From positions 620,001-684,000 of the forward strand of contig OZ287069.1 in NCBI GenBank assembly GCA_965645245.1: a DNA stretch of 64,000 nt. The letters run 5' to 3'. Position numbers and translations under genes: made by a program. Positions 51,249 through 62,933 of this stretch are shown here, in pieces. Below the pieces are notes generated by a model, which saw only the letters and a list, made by a program, of their open reading frames with translations, did not search any database and was not told where the DNA came from. This DNA is from Massalongia carnosa (lineage: Eukaryota). Numbering within the stretch: the first letter of the stretch is position 1; the number at the start of each line of letters is the position of its first letter.

Positions 51249-52241
51249 TACTCCCTATGGTTATAGTCAGCAACTATCTCACTTTTATTAGAGCTTCGTA
51301 AGATCGAGGGATTTTTTGCTCACATTCTTCATTTGAAGCATTAGCTCCTGGCGAATTTCCACGCACTTTTGGGCATTCTCAGCTGATTGCGCCGCAAGGT
51401 GCAAGATTAGATTTGTGTGCTCGTATACCCCTCCCAGTTTATAATCTATTGTTTTCCCCAGATCATCAAACCGTTCATCAACGGTTTGATTCAGGTCATT
51501 TGTGTCCCGTCCGTTAGACGAACAAAAGTTGCTGCCTCAAGCTTTACGTATCCTCCCTCACATCTTTCTTATGCTCTCGGAAATCTTTCGTCATCTCTTT
51601 GAGTCTGTCTGACAAAACGACCAACGTCAAGGTGGCCGCGGAAATTTGTAGAAACAGAGAAAATCGGTATGACGGCTAAACCTTTTAAGTGAGTTAAAGA
51701 TAAACTCTCCTTGAATGTGCGCAGCTTTTAGGATTATCTTTTTTGATCTCTGAAAAGCCATGGCCAATACGTACGAGTGAGCCGAGAATAACATGTAAAA
51801 AAAAGTGAGGTAAGACTGAGCTTGTAAGGGATTGCTCGAGTAGAAGGAAGGGAATGCGGAATGGGATGTTTATCAGCGCGTTCTGGGGGCAGGATGGGAT
51901 GGGAGGTGTGTAGAGAGAGGTATGAAGTGAAAATACAGCTATTCATTACCGAGCACAGGGAACTTTATAGTTCACCCCATGGCAGGTACGAGGCGGATGA
52001 CGAAATTTCCGAACAAATACCCACCCAACTCCCCTTTTCCCCTCTCTCTTTACCCCTCCAATCCTCTAAACCCGGCTGAGGTTGGGAGCGGGAAATATGA
52101 AAGCGGAAGGAGATGAATAAGGACTATAAAATTACATGTTTCGTGAGAAATCACCAATTATCTATTTAGATAGCCTAACCTCCCCCCCCGTTTGGGGAGG
52201 GGGGAAAAAAAAACTAGATTCACCCCCCCCAAAAACACACT

Positions 52242-53396
52242 TCAAGCCTTGGCAGCGAACTTCTTTTTCCGCGCCTCAGCCGCCGCCCGATCTTTCTGAC
52301 TGAGTGTTGCCATCTCGCCCTTCCCTCCTGCTGCCCCACCGTTCCGTCTCCCTCCTCTCTCCTTGCCGCCACCACCCTCACGCCTATTGGCCACGTCGCG
52401 TTGTCCTCCGGCGCCTTCGTCCCGTTTCGCGCCTCCGTTGTGAAAATCACCTCGTCGGCCCCGCTTGCCTCCTCGTCCGCCATCCTCGCCGCCGTTCCTA
52501 CCCCGCTTGATGCCTCGTTCCGGTAAAGCTTCGTCGAGGCCCTTGACGACACCGTCGCCTGTGCCGAACTTCTTGGCGCGCTCGAGGGCTTTGCGCGCGT
52601 CGGCCTCGGCGCTCGCTTTGGTTGCCGAGGTCATTGGCGCTTTGGTCGCTGTTTCCGCTGCTGCGACTGGCGTATCCCCGTTCGCAACCTCCGCCTTTGC
52701 TGGTTCGGATACAGAGTCAACGGCACCGGTTCCAAATCTGGCTGCGCGTTTTGCGCGACGTTCGAGCTCGTCCTCGACGGTGGTGGTAGGAAGGTTGGAT
52801 GCGAAATTGGTACGTGGTAGCGCAGCTTGTTTCTCAGTCGTGGTGGAAATGGTTAGTTGCGTAGGTGGGTGAACGGTGAGGTCTTTGGTCTTGGAGGGGT
52901 CGATGGTGGTGGGCTTGGGAAGATGGACGGTAAGGTCCTTGGTTTGTGCAGGATCAACGGCAGCAGGCTGGTTGGGAATTGCAGTAGAGTTAGAGATGTG
53001 ACCGAGACCGCCTGCTCCGAGAGCGCTGCCGGACGATGGGGCTGAGGTTGACACTTTGGTGGAGGATGCTTTAGAACGAGGCGCATCTGTGGTGGCTGTC
53101 GCATTGGTGGTATCGGCTATGGCAGGTGTGGCAACTGAATTGTCGTCTTCCTCCCAATCAATCTCATCCTCCAGCGCAACGGTAGTGGCGGTGGTAGATG
53201 GTTTGCTGGGAGTGGTGGCTGCCGCTGCGGTTGTCGCAGCGAGTTTCCTGGCGGTTGACGAAGTAGAAGCTTGCTTGGCGTCATATTCCTGAAGACGTGC
53301 GACAAGATCAGCTTTCTTGCCGGTGTGGGGTAGAGAGCGAGACTTGAGCAGTTCTTCCAGCTCAACGTTTTTCTTCTTGCTGTAGTCGGCCGACAT
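52242..53396 (-). CDS. THO1: SAP-domain RNA-binding/mRNA export protein, Tho1/SARNP-like
   Basis: N-terminal SAP YSKKKNVELEELLKSRSLPHTGKKADLVARLQEYD; DELERRAKRAARFG, ERAKKFG and ARKKKF repeats; RGG-rich tail. Confidence 0.85.
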   Translation of the reverse strand: MSADYSKKKNVELEELLKSRSLPHTGKKADLVARLQEYDAKQASTSSTARKLAATTAAAATTPSKPSTTATTVALEDEIDWEEDDNSVATPAIADTTNATATTDAPRSKASSTKVSTSAPSSGSALGAGGLGHISNSTAIPNQPAAVDPAQTKDLTVHLPKPTTIDPSKTKDLTVHPPTQLTISTTTEKQAALPRTNFASNLPTTTVEDELERRAKRAARFGTGAVDSVSEPAKAEVANGDTPVAAAETATKAPMTSATKASAEADARKALERAKKFGTGDGVVKGLDEALPERGIKRGRNGGEDGGRGGKRGRRGDFHNGGAKRDEGAGGQRDVANRREGGGGKERGGRRNGGAAGGKGEMATLSQKDRAAAEARKKKFAAKA

Positions 53397-53777
53397 GGTG
53401 GATGGTGCGCTGATAGATTTGCTGTATGAGATTGAATCGATGAAATGACATGAAATGAACGTAAGAAGTTTGACCAGAAAGGCGAGTTGTAGAAATGGAT
53501 TGAAAGCGCGGTGGTTCCTTTGTTGGTGGTGAAGTTATGGATGCGGAAGTTTGGGGCTGGAGCGGCGGACTTCAGCCTTACAATCTTATTAGCGGTACTG
53601 GTCCTTCTATTGTGATGAAAAGGAGGAACAATCACCAGATTTTAGCTTCATTGACGTTTTCCAGTTCAAGGGCGAAATTAGGACTTCGCGAAAAGCCAAA
53701 TTCCAAAGTCCATTGTTTGTGAATACCTTATTTGCTTGGCCTCAACCAAAGTGATGAGAGAAAGAAAACAATAGATA

Positions 53778-55433
53778 CAGAGGTTGACACCGAAAGTCCT
53801 GATAATACGCTAATGCGGGCAAAAAACGCCACGTAGATTTAGCGTTAAAAATGCTATAGGAAGATCATTCAAAATGGTAACACCAAGGTCGAAACTTCAG
53901 CTTTTGATGTTTGTTTTATTATCAAATTTTCTATAATATATTTATATAATAATGGGTGATTCACGAACAGTAAATCATACAATAGCTGCAAGATTACAGG
54001 CTCTTTCTTTGGTTGAACATGGAGTTGGAATAGATGCAGCTGCTACAGCCTCCGGTATGACTTCTATAACCGTCAGACGTCTGAGAAAAAAAGCTAGAGA
54101 ACGAGGTTTTGATCCGGAGGTCTCTTCTGTTATGAAAGAAGAACATGTCAAAGATGCACCTCGTTCAGGTCGTCCACCGAAGGTGACTTCGGAGGTTGAA
54201 TCTGACATTTTGACAACAGTTCGAAAAGACACAAATGGTCGAGAAAAACCAGCCGCAGTGCTTGCATATGAGCACAATATCTCCGCAACAACTATTCTTC
54301 GAGTTCTAAAACGCAATCGTTTGCGATGGCGTAAAACACTAAAAAACCCGGTCTCACTCCTGCAATGATGGAGGCTCGATATCAGTTCGCCTTGCGACAT
54401 GAACACTGGACGATCGAAGACTGGAAGAAGGTCATTTGGACCGACGAAACAAGCGTTTGTTTGGGCACTCGTCAAGCATGCATACGAGTATGGCGCGATT
54501 CAACCGAATCGTACAATAAAACTTGCGTTCGTCGACGATGGAAAGAATATTCGGAGTTCATGTTTTGGGGTTCTTTAGTTATGATAAGAAAGGTCCTATG
54601 CACATTTGAAAAGACGAGACCGCTGCTGAAAAGAAGGATGCAATTGAGCATTTAAAACGACTCAACGACATTTCAGAACCTGCAGCGAAAGAAGAATGGG
54701 AATTAACCAACGGAATAAGACGAATGGGACTACGAAATCCTGGAGGTCGAAAGCCCACTTGGACATGGAACAAAGCTCACGGTAAAATGGAGCGAGATGG
54801 GAAAGGAAAAATTGACTGGTATCGCTATCAAATTCATATATTAATTCCCAAATTAATTCCTTTCGCTCTTCACTGCATGATAAATCGTCCGGACACTTTG
54901 ATACAGGAAGACAAGGCTCCCAGTCATGCTTGTAAGCATCAGGATCAGATATTTATGAATGCAGGAGTTATGCGCTTGATTTGGCCCGGAAATTCTCCTG
55001 ATCTCAATATGATCGAGACTTGTTGGGCCTGGATGAAGCGACAAACCACCCGAAGAGGCTGTCCGACGAACAGAATCATCATGGAAAAGGTTTGGACTCG
55101 GTACTGGAAAAAGACATTGACTCAGAAACGTATTCAGCACTGGATTGAGCGCATACCTCGTCATATTCAGCAGGTTATAGCTTTAGAGGGTGGGAATCAG
55201 TATCGCGAAGGTTCCACCAAAGCAGAAAGCGGAGTTCGTCTTTATATCAGTGAAGAACGAAAAGAACGATATGATCGAGGTCGACGAGGCCTTCGAGCTG
55301 GTGATAATAGTAATAATACTAGCGATGACGAGGTGGATGACTAGAAATTCCAGAATTCGGCACTATAACCTGCCAAGACACTAGTATTAGCTTTACATTA
55401 GCGTATTATCAGGACTTTCGGTGTCAACCTCTG
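53778..55433 (+). mobile_element. Tc1-family (DD34E) DNA transposon, 1656 bp, pseudogenised transposase
   Basis: Perfect 38-bp TIRs at 53778-53815 and 55396-55433, TA on both flanks. Transposase 53952-55344 has RSGRPPK, WTDET, QEDKAPSH and NSPDLNMIE. Frameshifts lie near 54337 and 54575, plus an in-frame TGA at 54607 where the sister element has Trp. Confidence 0.96.
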
Positions 55434-58238
55434 TACTCTGTACCCATTGAGGGTGTAGCTCATCACTTACCTAATCAACGCTCAACACACTCACGTGACA
55501 GCCAGTAGATCTCGGTCTAACCACGTGACTTTATCCCTATTGAGGTCGGATGTCGGTACGTTGCCCTACCCAAATACCATACAGAGTACTTGCCTTCCGA
55601 TCCAGGTCGTAGACCACGGGACACACAGGAATTAGAGCAGTGGGTATAGATTGGCCTCTCTATAAACGCTTCAACGGCTTTCTCAACCTCTCTCCTACAC
55701 CACTTCAGCATCACATGACTGAAATGTTCCCAAGACGGATCCGTGCCGGGGCACCAATGAGATAGCAGAACATGCATCCGAGAGCAATGATGGGGTTTTT
55801 GACTCATGCGAACCCTCCTGTTGGTGTCACTTGTACTTACGATCGCCCATTGCGTCTGGATGCTACCATACGATAGAACTCATCACGAGCTTGCCATCCC
55901 TGGACAACGCGGCTTTGGGATCGTGATGTTGGCTTTTGCGCCGGTTGGGGAAGGATGGATTTCTTCGTTGATTTGACAGCAGTGTTGGGTGATTTGACTG
56001 GACATGCATGGTCACTATCTTGAATAAATGCCGCGGACTTGTGCCCAGATTCGTAACCAAGTTCCCAACAGCAGGTCAGAAACAACGATTGCGGGTTCTT
56101 CTCGATTCGGAGTCATGTCCTTGATAAGGATGAAAAGGATCACGGCGGCGAGCAGGTTATTGGACCTCCAAGTTTCTGAGAGCCGTTTCATAACTCTTTT
56201 ACCCCTCAAGCCGTGGTGTGGTTACACAAATCACGAGTTGCGTTCTCGCCTCCTGAATTCCTGTAGTTATTTCTCCGCACTCTGTTCACTCTTTTCCCCG
56301 TTGTCCGTCAGCAAGCCAATCTGATATGATACTCATCACACTTGTTGCCCCACTCTGCCTGTCAACCAAGAACCTGTTGGCTAGACTGCGTTGTTCGGAC
56401 CGCGATGGATAGCCCCCACGAAAAGCCTTCCATGCGTTGCGCCACCTGATTGGACGGCACACCATGCGAATGAACCGAGCGCGGGCTCGCTCGTTTAGAC
56501 CTCCCGTTTGTCTCACACCCTTACAAAAAGTCAGTTTGGCCTCGAGCGAGTTTATCTGAACGGTGGAGGTACGAAGTACTTGTATTATCAAGAAAACTCG
56601 ATCACTTCACTGGGTCTTGGAACAACGGGCATGGTACATACCTAGGTGATGGGATGCACTCCGGTACGATCCACGAGGACCCCTGTTCTGCAGGTTTGAC
56701 CTGATGCACCGGGACGAGGGAAAGCGATCCTCTGAAGCGGCCATCTACAGGCCACGACTCTTGGAGCGATCTGATTCACCCACCGAGAATCCCAATTTAT
56801 GCAGCTTCATGCAGCTTTCAGCGACCTCACGCACGCTACAGGTTGCCTCTTGGGCAACGAATGACAGCATGGCGTTTAAGCTTAATGGAGATTCGACCGC
56901 TAAATCTATTCTCGGGCACCCTAGCAGGCGGCGTTTGCTCAGCGTACGTGGATCTCCACGAATGGGTTTTTCTTCAGGTCGCATCATCACGTTACTGGAA
57001 GTCTGCCATCACGCGCTGTTCGACTTAGTTTTGCAAGCGTGCGTTGCAGCTGCGAGTCTTTGCGTCTCGATCTCGCACGCAAGTTCCCGGGGGCTTGAAT
57101 GGAGTGATTTGAGTCCAGCGCCTGACGGTGGAAGTTTCTACTACTGGAGACGGAGTGTTTGAAGTTCTCCACGAGCTGAAATGAATATATCAGATCGATA
57201 GTGTTCTAAGGTTCACGACGTCTCCAGAAACTCTTTCTCACCCGCATTCTGAGCATTTTGAGTGAGATGATGTGTTGCAGGAAAGCGCGCCTAATCCAAT
57301 CGTAGACTTCCAGTTGAACATTCCGTAGATTCCATTCGAGTTCCAACCACTCTCCCTTTCTCTGACTCGACGACTCTAAAAGTCGGCAGCCAATCGTGGC
57401 CCTGGTCGGACCATTTGCCTTTCCGTCGGTACCAACAAATGCATCGTGCCACTTTTTACATCCATCAATATCCCTTTTTTCCCTTGCAGTGAAAGTGGGA
57501 GATCAGTTTTCTCCCACTAGTTGAAGAATTATCGCTAGCTGCCCCTTCCCCTAGCCTGCCTATCCACACCCTCCCTCCACCCAACCCCCCCCCGAGACTA
57601 AATCCCCAAACTCAAACTCAGTCTTCTTCAGGAAATCTCCAATTTCCTCTTCGTTTCATCCATGTCATGTAAATATTATTTCGTTCATTCTTTTATTCCA
57701 TCATTTCGTGCTTTTGTCGTCGTGAAGGCTTCAGATCAGTCTTGCAGGAAGGAGTCCAACACATAGGTACATTTTTGACAACGTTCACCGCATCGAACCT
57801 CGGTGCCTCCGACACGTGTGGCTGTGCGATTTAGCGTCTTCGCTGGCAGACTCGTGCATTTCGACCTGATACCAAAATAAAAATAAAAAATTAAAGAACA
57901 TCGACTATGGTACAACGCATATCAAGAACTTGCATATCACGAGAACATTCTTTTCCATCCTTCCTCTATCATACATATAGACGTGGACAACTAGATGCAA
58001 GTGAACGCAAAAGGTACGCCAGCACGCCAGGTTCATGCAGTTGATATTTCTCTGCAGCTTCAAGGCCATCGTGGTGACCTGATATTGAGAGGCATGAGCT
58101 GATCTTCTGTAGCCCATTTCCCCGCCTCGCGACTTCTGAAATATCCGTTTGAATGATTCTCTCAATCAGTTAGCTGTAACATCTCATGTTCTCTATCGTT
58201 TCCGTGGATACTCGTGCTTTGGAAGCCTTCTAGGCAAT

Positions 58239-61200
58239 ATGGCTTCGCGGGACAAACATGGTGCCCAGTTGATGGGGCACACGGAAAAGGACGATTCCTC
58301 GCAAATTCTATCGCCAAATCTATCCAGAAGGCTATCGACGACTTCTAGCTCGTCCAGCGCTTCAAGGATCCCTGCCTATACACCCTCGTTTTTCTCTCGG
58401 GGCAAGCCTACCCAAACAGAGGGAGACCGTTCGAAGACAAGAAGCGGCGTCTCGTTGAGGAGAACGGGTGGAAGCGCTCAAAGGGTGCTTGGGGGTACGT
58501 TGCTAAAGAGTGAAGCCCAGCTACAACACCCTCGGATGCTAGGCTTAGGCATTACAGCGGCGAATCCCTTTAGTTCCGGAACGACGCCAAGTCCGGACCA
58601 ACGACAGAGAAATGTGTTAAGACGCAAAGCGTCGTCGATTGATCAGCATGCGCAGTATGCTCGCGCAGAGTCTTCCATGTCATCGCATGAGCTAGCACCG
58701 CAAAATAAAAAAGATGAGACCGGAAGTAGCCCGGGTGGCTTTCAGGATCCATACGCAGGGTCAATCCTGGGGGTTGCCATACCGGCCGTGTCTTCGTCCA
58801 CTTCGTACTTGCCAAACATAGGCGCAGCACCGTATCACCAGGCTACTTCGAGCTCGAGAATGGCAAACTACAACTCTAATGCAACCCCACACGCTTTGTC
58901 CACGAAGAATTTACCGCCACCAACCCCAAGCTTTGCGCATAGTAGCGGTTCGTCAACCCGACGTTCCGAGTCACCTGGCGCTTTCAGTCGCACATCTACG
59001 CCTACGTCTATGTCATCGCATTCCCCTGGCATTCCTCTCCCGGCAAAATCCCCTTTAAAAGCGCGACAGATTAGCCCCACCCGGAGCCGACCCCCTATCA
59101 CCAGGAGAAGGATAGGCATCTTACCACCGCAAGATGATACCCTTCTATCGCAGAACCAAGGACTTCCAGCGCTGCGTGAGTCTGGGACCTCGTCATCATC
59201 ATCGTCGACCGTCAAGGGTATTGAAAGGATTGAAGGGCCACCGATGAACCTGACTACACAGCATCTTTCTCCATCTCCTCCCAGTCCTCCACCTCGACAT
59301 TCTTCTAAGAAGTTCTTACAGGCACGAGAAGAAGCGTATCGCTCGCGACACCCATTAAATACCGCAGGTGTCTTGCAGAGACCGACTGAAAGAACGTTTC
59401 GCACCCAGATCGCAGAGGGTTCAGAGCCGAAGAAGAATTCCATACCCCAATCAGCGAGAGTAGCTGGACCTCCGCCAAGGCCAAGCCGGGAGAATATCCC
59501 AAAGCTGGACGATAACTTAGGGCCTTCACTCGTTATCCAAAGTAATCTTGATCGCCTGCTCACTAGCGGCAACAAACGTCGAGAATCTTTGGAAAAAGCC
59601 GTACTGACTCCGGATGTCCGACAAGAGACAATATTCAAAGTCCGCCCTACGCTGGGACGCTCTTCTTCCATTACCTCCGCATCGTCAATAAGGCCCTCTC
59701 GGTTACCTTCACCAAACCCAGCATCTGCAACCCCTTTACCGCCGCGTCCTGCAGAGTTTCTTCGGAAAAGAGACATTCCACTCTTGGACACTAACATCAG
59801 TTCAAGACGGACAAAGGATCCAAGCCTCCCTAGCGCTGGCCCCAGCAAATCTTTGTCGCGATTTGGATTGTTCACTAGACGGACAAAATCTCCGCTCGAA
59901 CCAAGCGTCACGGAGAGCGACAAAGCAGGGAAGAAAGGTCCGACGGCAGGAACGGGGCACGAGGGCTACGGGAAATATGCCAAGCGAGGACGCAGCGGAA
60001 GTGCAAGCACGAGCGCAAGTCGTGGCCGTTCCACTAGCACTGGCGGCACCTCGAACGGACTCGCACGGACACCCACAAGCCGCAAAAGCAGTGTCACCAG
60101 CCGGGGTGAGCCTGAGATGGATGATTTTCTGCTTGAACGACTTGCGCCAGTGGTCATTAGTGGTGGCGGGGGGCCATCGGAACCTCGTGATGGCGGTGCA
60201 GAGTCCTTCCACAACGCCAGCGAAGATGGTTCGGTTGGAAGACCATCAAATGAAGGATACGCTACTACACGTTCGCCAGCCTATACACAGATCGAGCCTC
60301 CGAAATCAACGTCGAGCCTCCCATCATACGACCCTAAAATAGTCCGCAAAGGTTCGAGAGTTTTGGCTGAAGGGAAAGGTCTCTTCCCACCCTTTGTTTC
60401 TCAGCAGAACACAGAAGCTGCCGAGGAGTTTCGGAGGCCCACTCTTGCTGCACGACGCTCTTTACACCGATCGCAGCTCTTCAAAGAAGCCGAGCCGATG
60501 AAAATTCCTGCGCATATCAATACCCAAGTCCTTGCCCCGTCGCCGTTCATAGATAGTTCTGACGCAATTTCTGACGCAATGCAATCCCCCACCAAGACGG
60601 AAAGCAGCCAGATCTTTACTGATGACATATTCGAGGGTCGGGAGGGCCATTGGCTCAAGTCTAGAAAACCCGAAAAACGGGCCAGATCGCCCAGGAAATG
60701 GAACTTTTTCCAGCGAACACATGCTACCCCGAAGAAGGCGGTGGATACGAGGCCCCTTGAGGAGAACGAAATCGTTAAAGAATTGCCTGTAATCATCTCG
60801 AGAATACACGAAACCCGTCCGGTGGCGCATTACGCGATGCTTGATAGCAACGATCAAGAAGGCTCGGGTAGCGCCGTCACTTTCTCATCGGACGCAGATA
60901 AATCGACACAAGCCCAGAATTCTGGTTTATTTCCGGTCACTAGTGAGTCTGAAACCAATTTGCACAAGGATGACCACAAATTCTCCATGCTGTTGCCGTC
61001 TCCTCCTAATTTTTCGTCCGAGTTTGTGATCGCGAGAGGCTCGCCCTCGCCAGTCACGGTTCTGCTTCATCCAAATCGTGTAACTTTGGATGCAGTGGTT
61101 CCTGACACCCCTCCCAAACCAAAAGAACCCCGACTGCAACAAGTTGGCCGCATCCCGAGAGTTATATCGAAGCGCGATCGACTTCACAAACCACCCCCAC

Positions 61201-62933
61201 AATCTTTCTCTAGGCCGTTCATGCGTGCACCAGCACCCGCCGTTGACGTGTTCCGCTTAGGCTCCCAAGTCCCGAAATTGAGGACTACGACCCGACCAAT
61301 ACTAGGCGTACAGACGGAGACGCTTCCTTCTCGTCCTTGGGTCGACGATGACTCTGCCAAGCCTGAAAGTGCCCCAGTGGATGTGGTCATTGGCTTCAGC
61401 CCGCCATCGCAAGACGAATTTCTCGCTTTTCCAAGACGAAAGGGTTCCGAGGTGTCTGGTTCAAGCAGCTCTGGGATCTTGAATTTTGCTGCAACTACTG
61501 CGGTTATTCCTGAACCTGGCATCGTAGCCAGCGAGGATGAGGTTTGGGATGAGTACGATGAGCTCCTCGACACTGTCGAATCTCGCATTCCTTTGGTGCG
61601 ATCCAACGGGACTAAATCTAGAAAACGATATGCACCGGCTCCGCTACACATAAGGAAAGAGTCGAGCGCGGCGGGACCGGCATTTGATCCTTCAATTGTA
61701 ACATCGTATTCCCCAACGCAAATCGCACCTATGATTGATTTGCCTAGCTCTCCTAAAAGATCTAATCTTCTTTCTCCCTTTCAATCCGCCGAGCTAGCGG
61801 CAACTCCTTTGTCATTCTCCGATTTCTTTGCAGGCTATGGTGACCGTAATCGGGCAAGCGCAGCCAGCAAACTACAAAGTGTCTCGTCGGGAAGTCGTTA
61901 CAGCGCAACATCAGTATTTTCCGAGTCAAATGTGCGTCACAGCCGCGACACTGGAAACAAAAGGAGAAACACCGAAATCATGGCCGAAAAGACAGAACCT
62001 GGGCCAGGTGCTCAGAGCAATCTCCGTTTCAGCGCATTGATGACGAGCCGCTGGCTTTCGTTCGGTCGAGTTTTATTTAGCCCCGCCCACATGGAGATTC
62101 AGAGTAACCGGCATGATCGTGTGCTTGTCCTTGATGGACTTGGCAATGATGATTGGTCGTTTTACTGCGCGCTGACATATCCCGATGCCACGGTGTACAA
62201 TCTCAGTCCTTTCCAAGGCACAAGCGATAACCCCATGAGGAAACAGGAGATTGGCGGGTACCAGTCCCCATCGAATCATCGCCAGATCTATCATACTAGT
62301 ATCGCACATCCTTTTCCGTTTCCAAAGGGATTCTTCACAGCTGTCGTCTTTCGTTTCCCTGTCGCCAGTTCGGAAGGCGCGTCCTACAATGCCATCTCGG
62401 AGTGCAAACGAGTGCTACGCCCTGGTGGCTACTTGGAGATGAGCATCCTAGACCTTGACATGGTGAATATGGGCAATCGCGCTCGGCGAGCTGTTCGGGA
62501 GTTGAAGCTTAGGATGCAAAGTGCGGACCCCGATGTATCGTTGAAGCCGGCATCGGATAACATACAGAAGATGCTTGGACGTCGAGGATTTGAGAATCTC
62601 AATCGGTGTATTGTCAACGTGCCAATTGCCGGCCATATTTCCGACTCTCGCGCCGCATCGTTTGACGAGAAAGACCTGTCTTTAGGAGACATGCTGAAAG
62701 ATTCTTCACGGCAAGGTGACGAGGGTGTCTCGAAGATGGTCGCCAAAGTTGGCCGGTGGTGGTATACCAGATGCTACGAGATGGGTGTTCTTCCCCACGG
62801 CGACATGGAACAAAGTATCTGGGCGGATAGAGCTCTGGTAAGAGAATGCGAGAAACGAGAAACAGGGCTCAAGCTCTTGATCTGCTTTGCGCAGAAACCC
62901 TCAGCGCCCAAACGGAGGACCGTATCTGTGTGA
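58239..62933 (+). CDS. Large S/P/R-rich protein with a C-terminal class I SAM-methyltransferase-like domain
   Basis: Intronless ORF of about 1560 aa from the first ATG. Conserved-looking blocks KKGPTAGTGHEGYG, DDFLLERLAPVVI and LRFSALMTSRWLSFGRVLFSP. C-terminus VLVLDGLGNDDW...FPFPKGFF...ISECKRVLRPGGYLEM. Confidence 0.85.
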   Translation: MASRDKHGAQLMGHTEKDDSSQILSPNLSRRLSTTSSSSSASRIPAYTPSFFSRGKPTQTEGDRSKTRSGVSLRRTGGSAQRVLGGTLLKSEAQLQHPRMLGLGITAANPFSSGTTPSPDQRQRNVLRRKASSIDQHAQYARAESSMSSHELAPQNKKDETGSSPGGFQDPYAGSILGVAIPAVSSSTSYLPNIGAAPYHQATSSSRMANYNSNATPHALSTKNLPPPTPSFAHSSGSSTRRSESPGAFSRTSTPTSMSSHSPGIPLPAKSPLKARQISPTRSRPPITRRRIGILPPQDDTLLSQNQGLPALRESGTSSSSSSTVKGIERIEGPPMNLTTQHLSPSPPSPPPRHSSKKFLQAREEAYRSRHPLNTAGVLQRPTERTFRTQIAEGSEPKKNSIPQSARVAGPPPRPSRENIPKLDDNLGPSLVIQSNLDRLLTSGNKRRESLEKAVLTPDVRQETIFKVRPTLGRSSSITSASSIRPSRLPSPNPASATPLPPRPAEFLRKRDIPLLDTNISSRRTKDPSLPSAGPSKSLSRFGLFTRRTKSPLEPSVTESDKAGKKGPTAGTGHEGYGKYAKRGRSGSASTSASRGRSTSTGGTSNGLARTPTSRKSSVTSRGEPEMDDFLLERLAPVVISGGGGPSEPRDGGAESFHNASEDGSVGRPSNEGYATTRSPAYTQIEPPKSTSSLPSYDPKIVRKGSRVLAEGKGLFPPFVSQQNTEAAEEFRRPTLAARRSLHRSQLFKEAEPMKIPAHINTQVLAPSPFIDSSDAISDAMQSPTKTESSQIFTDDIFEGREGHWLKSRKPEKRARSPRKWNFFQRTHATPKKAVDTRPLEENEIVKELPVIISRIHETRPVAHYAMLDSNDQEGSGSAVTFSSDADKSTQAQNSGLFPVTSESETNLHKDDHKFSMLLPSPPNFSSEFVIARGSPSPVTVLLHPNRVTLDAVVPDTPPKPKEPRLQQVGRIPRVISKRDRLHKPPPQSFSRPFMRAPAPAVDVFRLGSQVPKLRTTTRPILGVQTETLPSRPWVDDDSAKPESAPVDVVIGFSPPSQDEFLAFPRRKGSEVSGSSSSGILNFAATTAVIPEPGIVASEDEVWDEYDELLDTVESRIPLVRSNGTKSRKRYAPAPLHIRKESSAAGPAFDPSIVTSYSPTQIAPMIDLPSSPKRSNLLSPFQSAELAATPLSFSDFFAGYGDRNRASAASKLQSVSSGSRYSATSVFSESNVRHSRDTGNKRRNTEIMAEKTEPGPGAQSNLRFSALMTSRWLSFGRVLFSPAHMEIQSNRHDRVLVLDGLGNDDWSFYCALTYPDATVYNLSPFQGTSDNPMRKQEIGGYQSPSNHRQIYHTSIAHPFPFPKGFFTAVVFRFPVASSEGASYNAISECKRVLRPGGYLEMSILDLDMVNMGNRARRAVRELKLRMQSADPDVSLKPASDNIQKMLGRRGFENLNRCIVNVPIAGHISDSRAASFDEKDLSLGDMLKDSSRQGDEGVSKMVAKVGRWWYTRCYEMGVLPHGDMEQSIWADRALVRECEKRETGLKLLICFAQKPSAPKRRTVSV

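Noticed and set aside
54330..54350. A-run at the transposase frameshift as a programmed frameshift site
   Set aside because: The element has a second frameshift and a nonsense codon, and the sister element is in frame here, so this is decay.
55530..58200. Short ORFs, including the 152-aa ORF at 56704-57162
   Set aside because: No family signature, and they overlap in conflicting frames. Probably promoter or UTR.
58868..59923. 351-aa antisense ORF, and similar antisense ORFs over the PKS, REX3, PHO85 and THO1
   Set aside because: Shadow ORFs of long coding regions, with no independent motifs.
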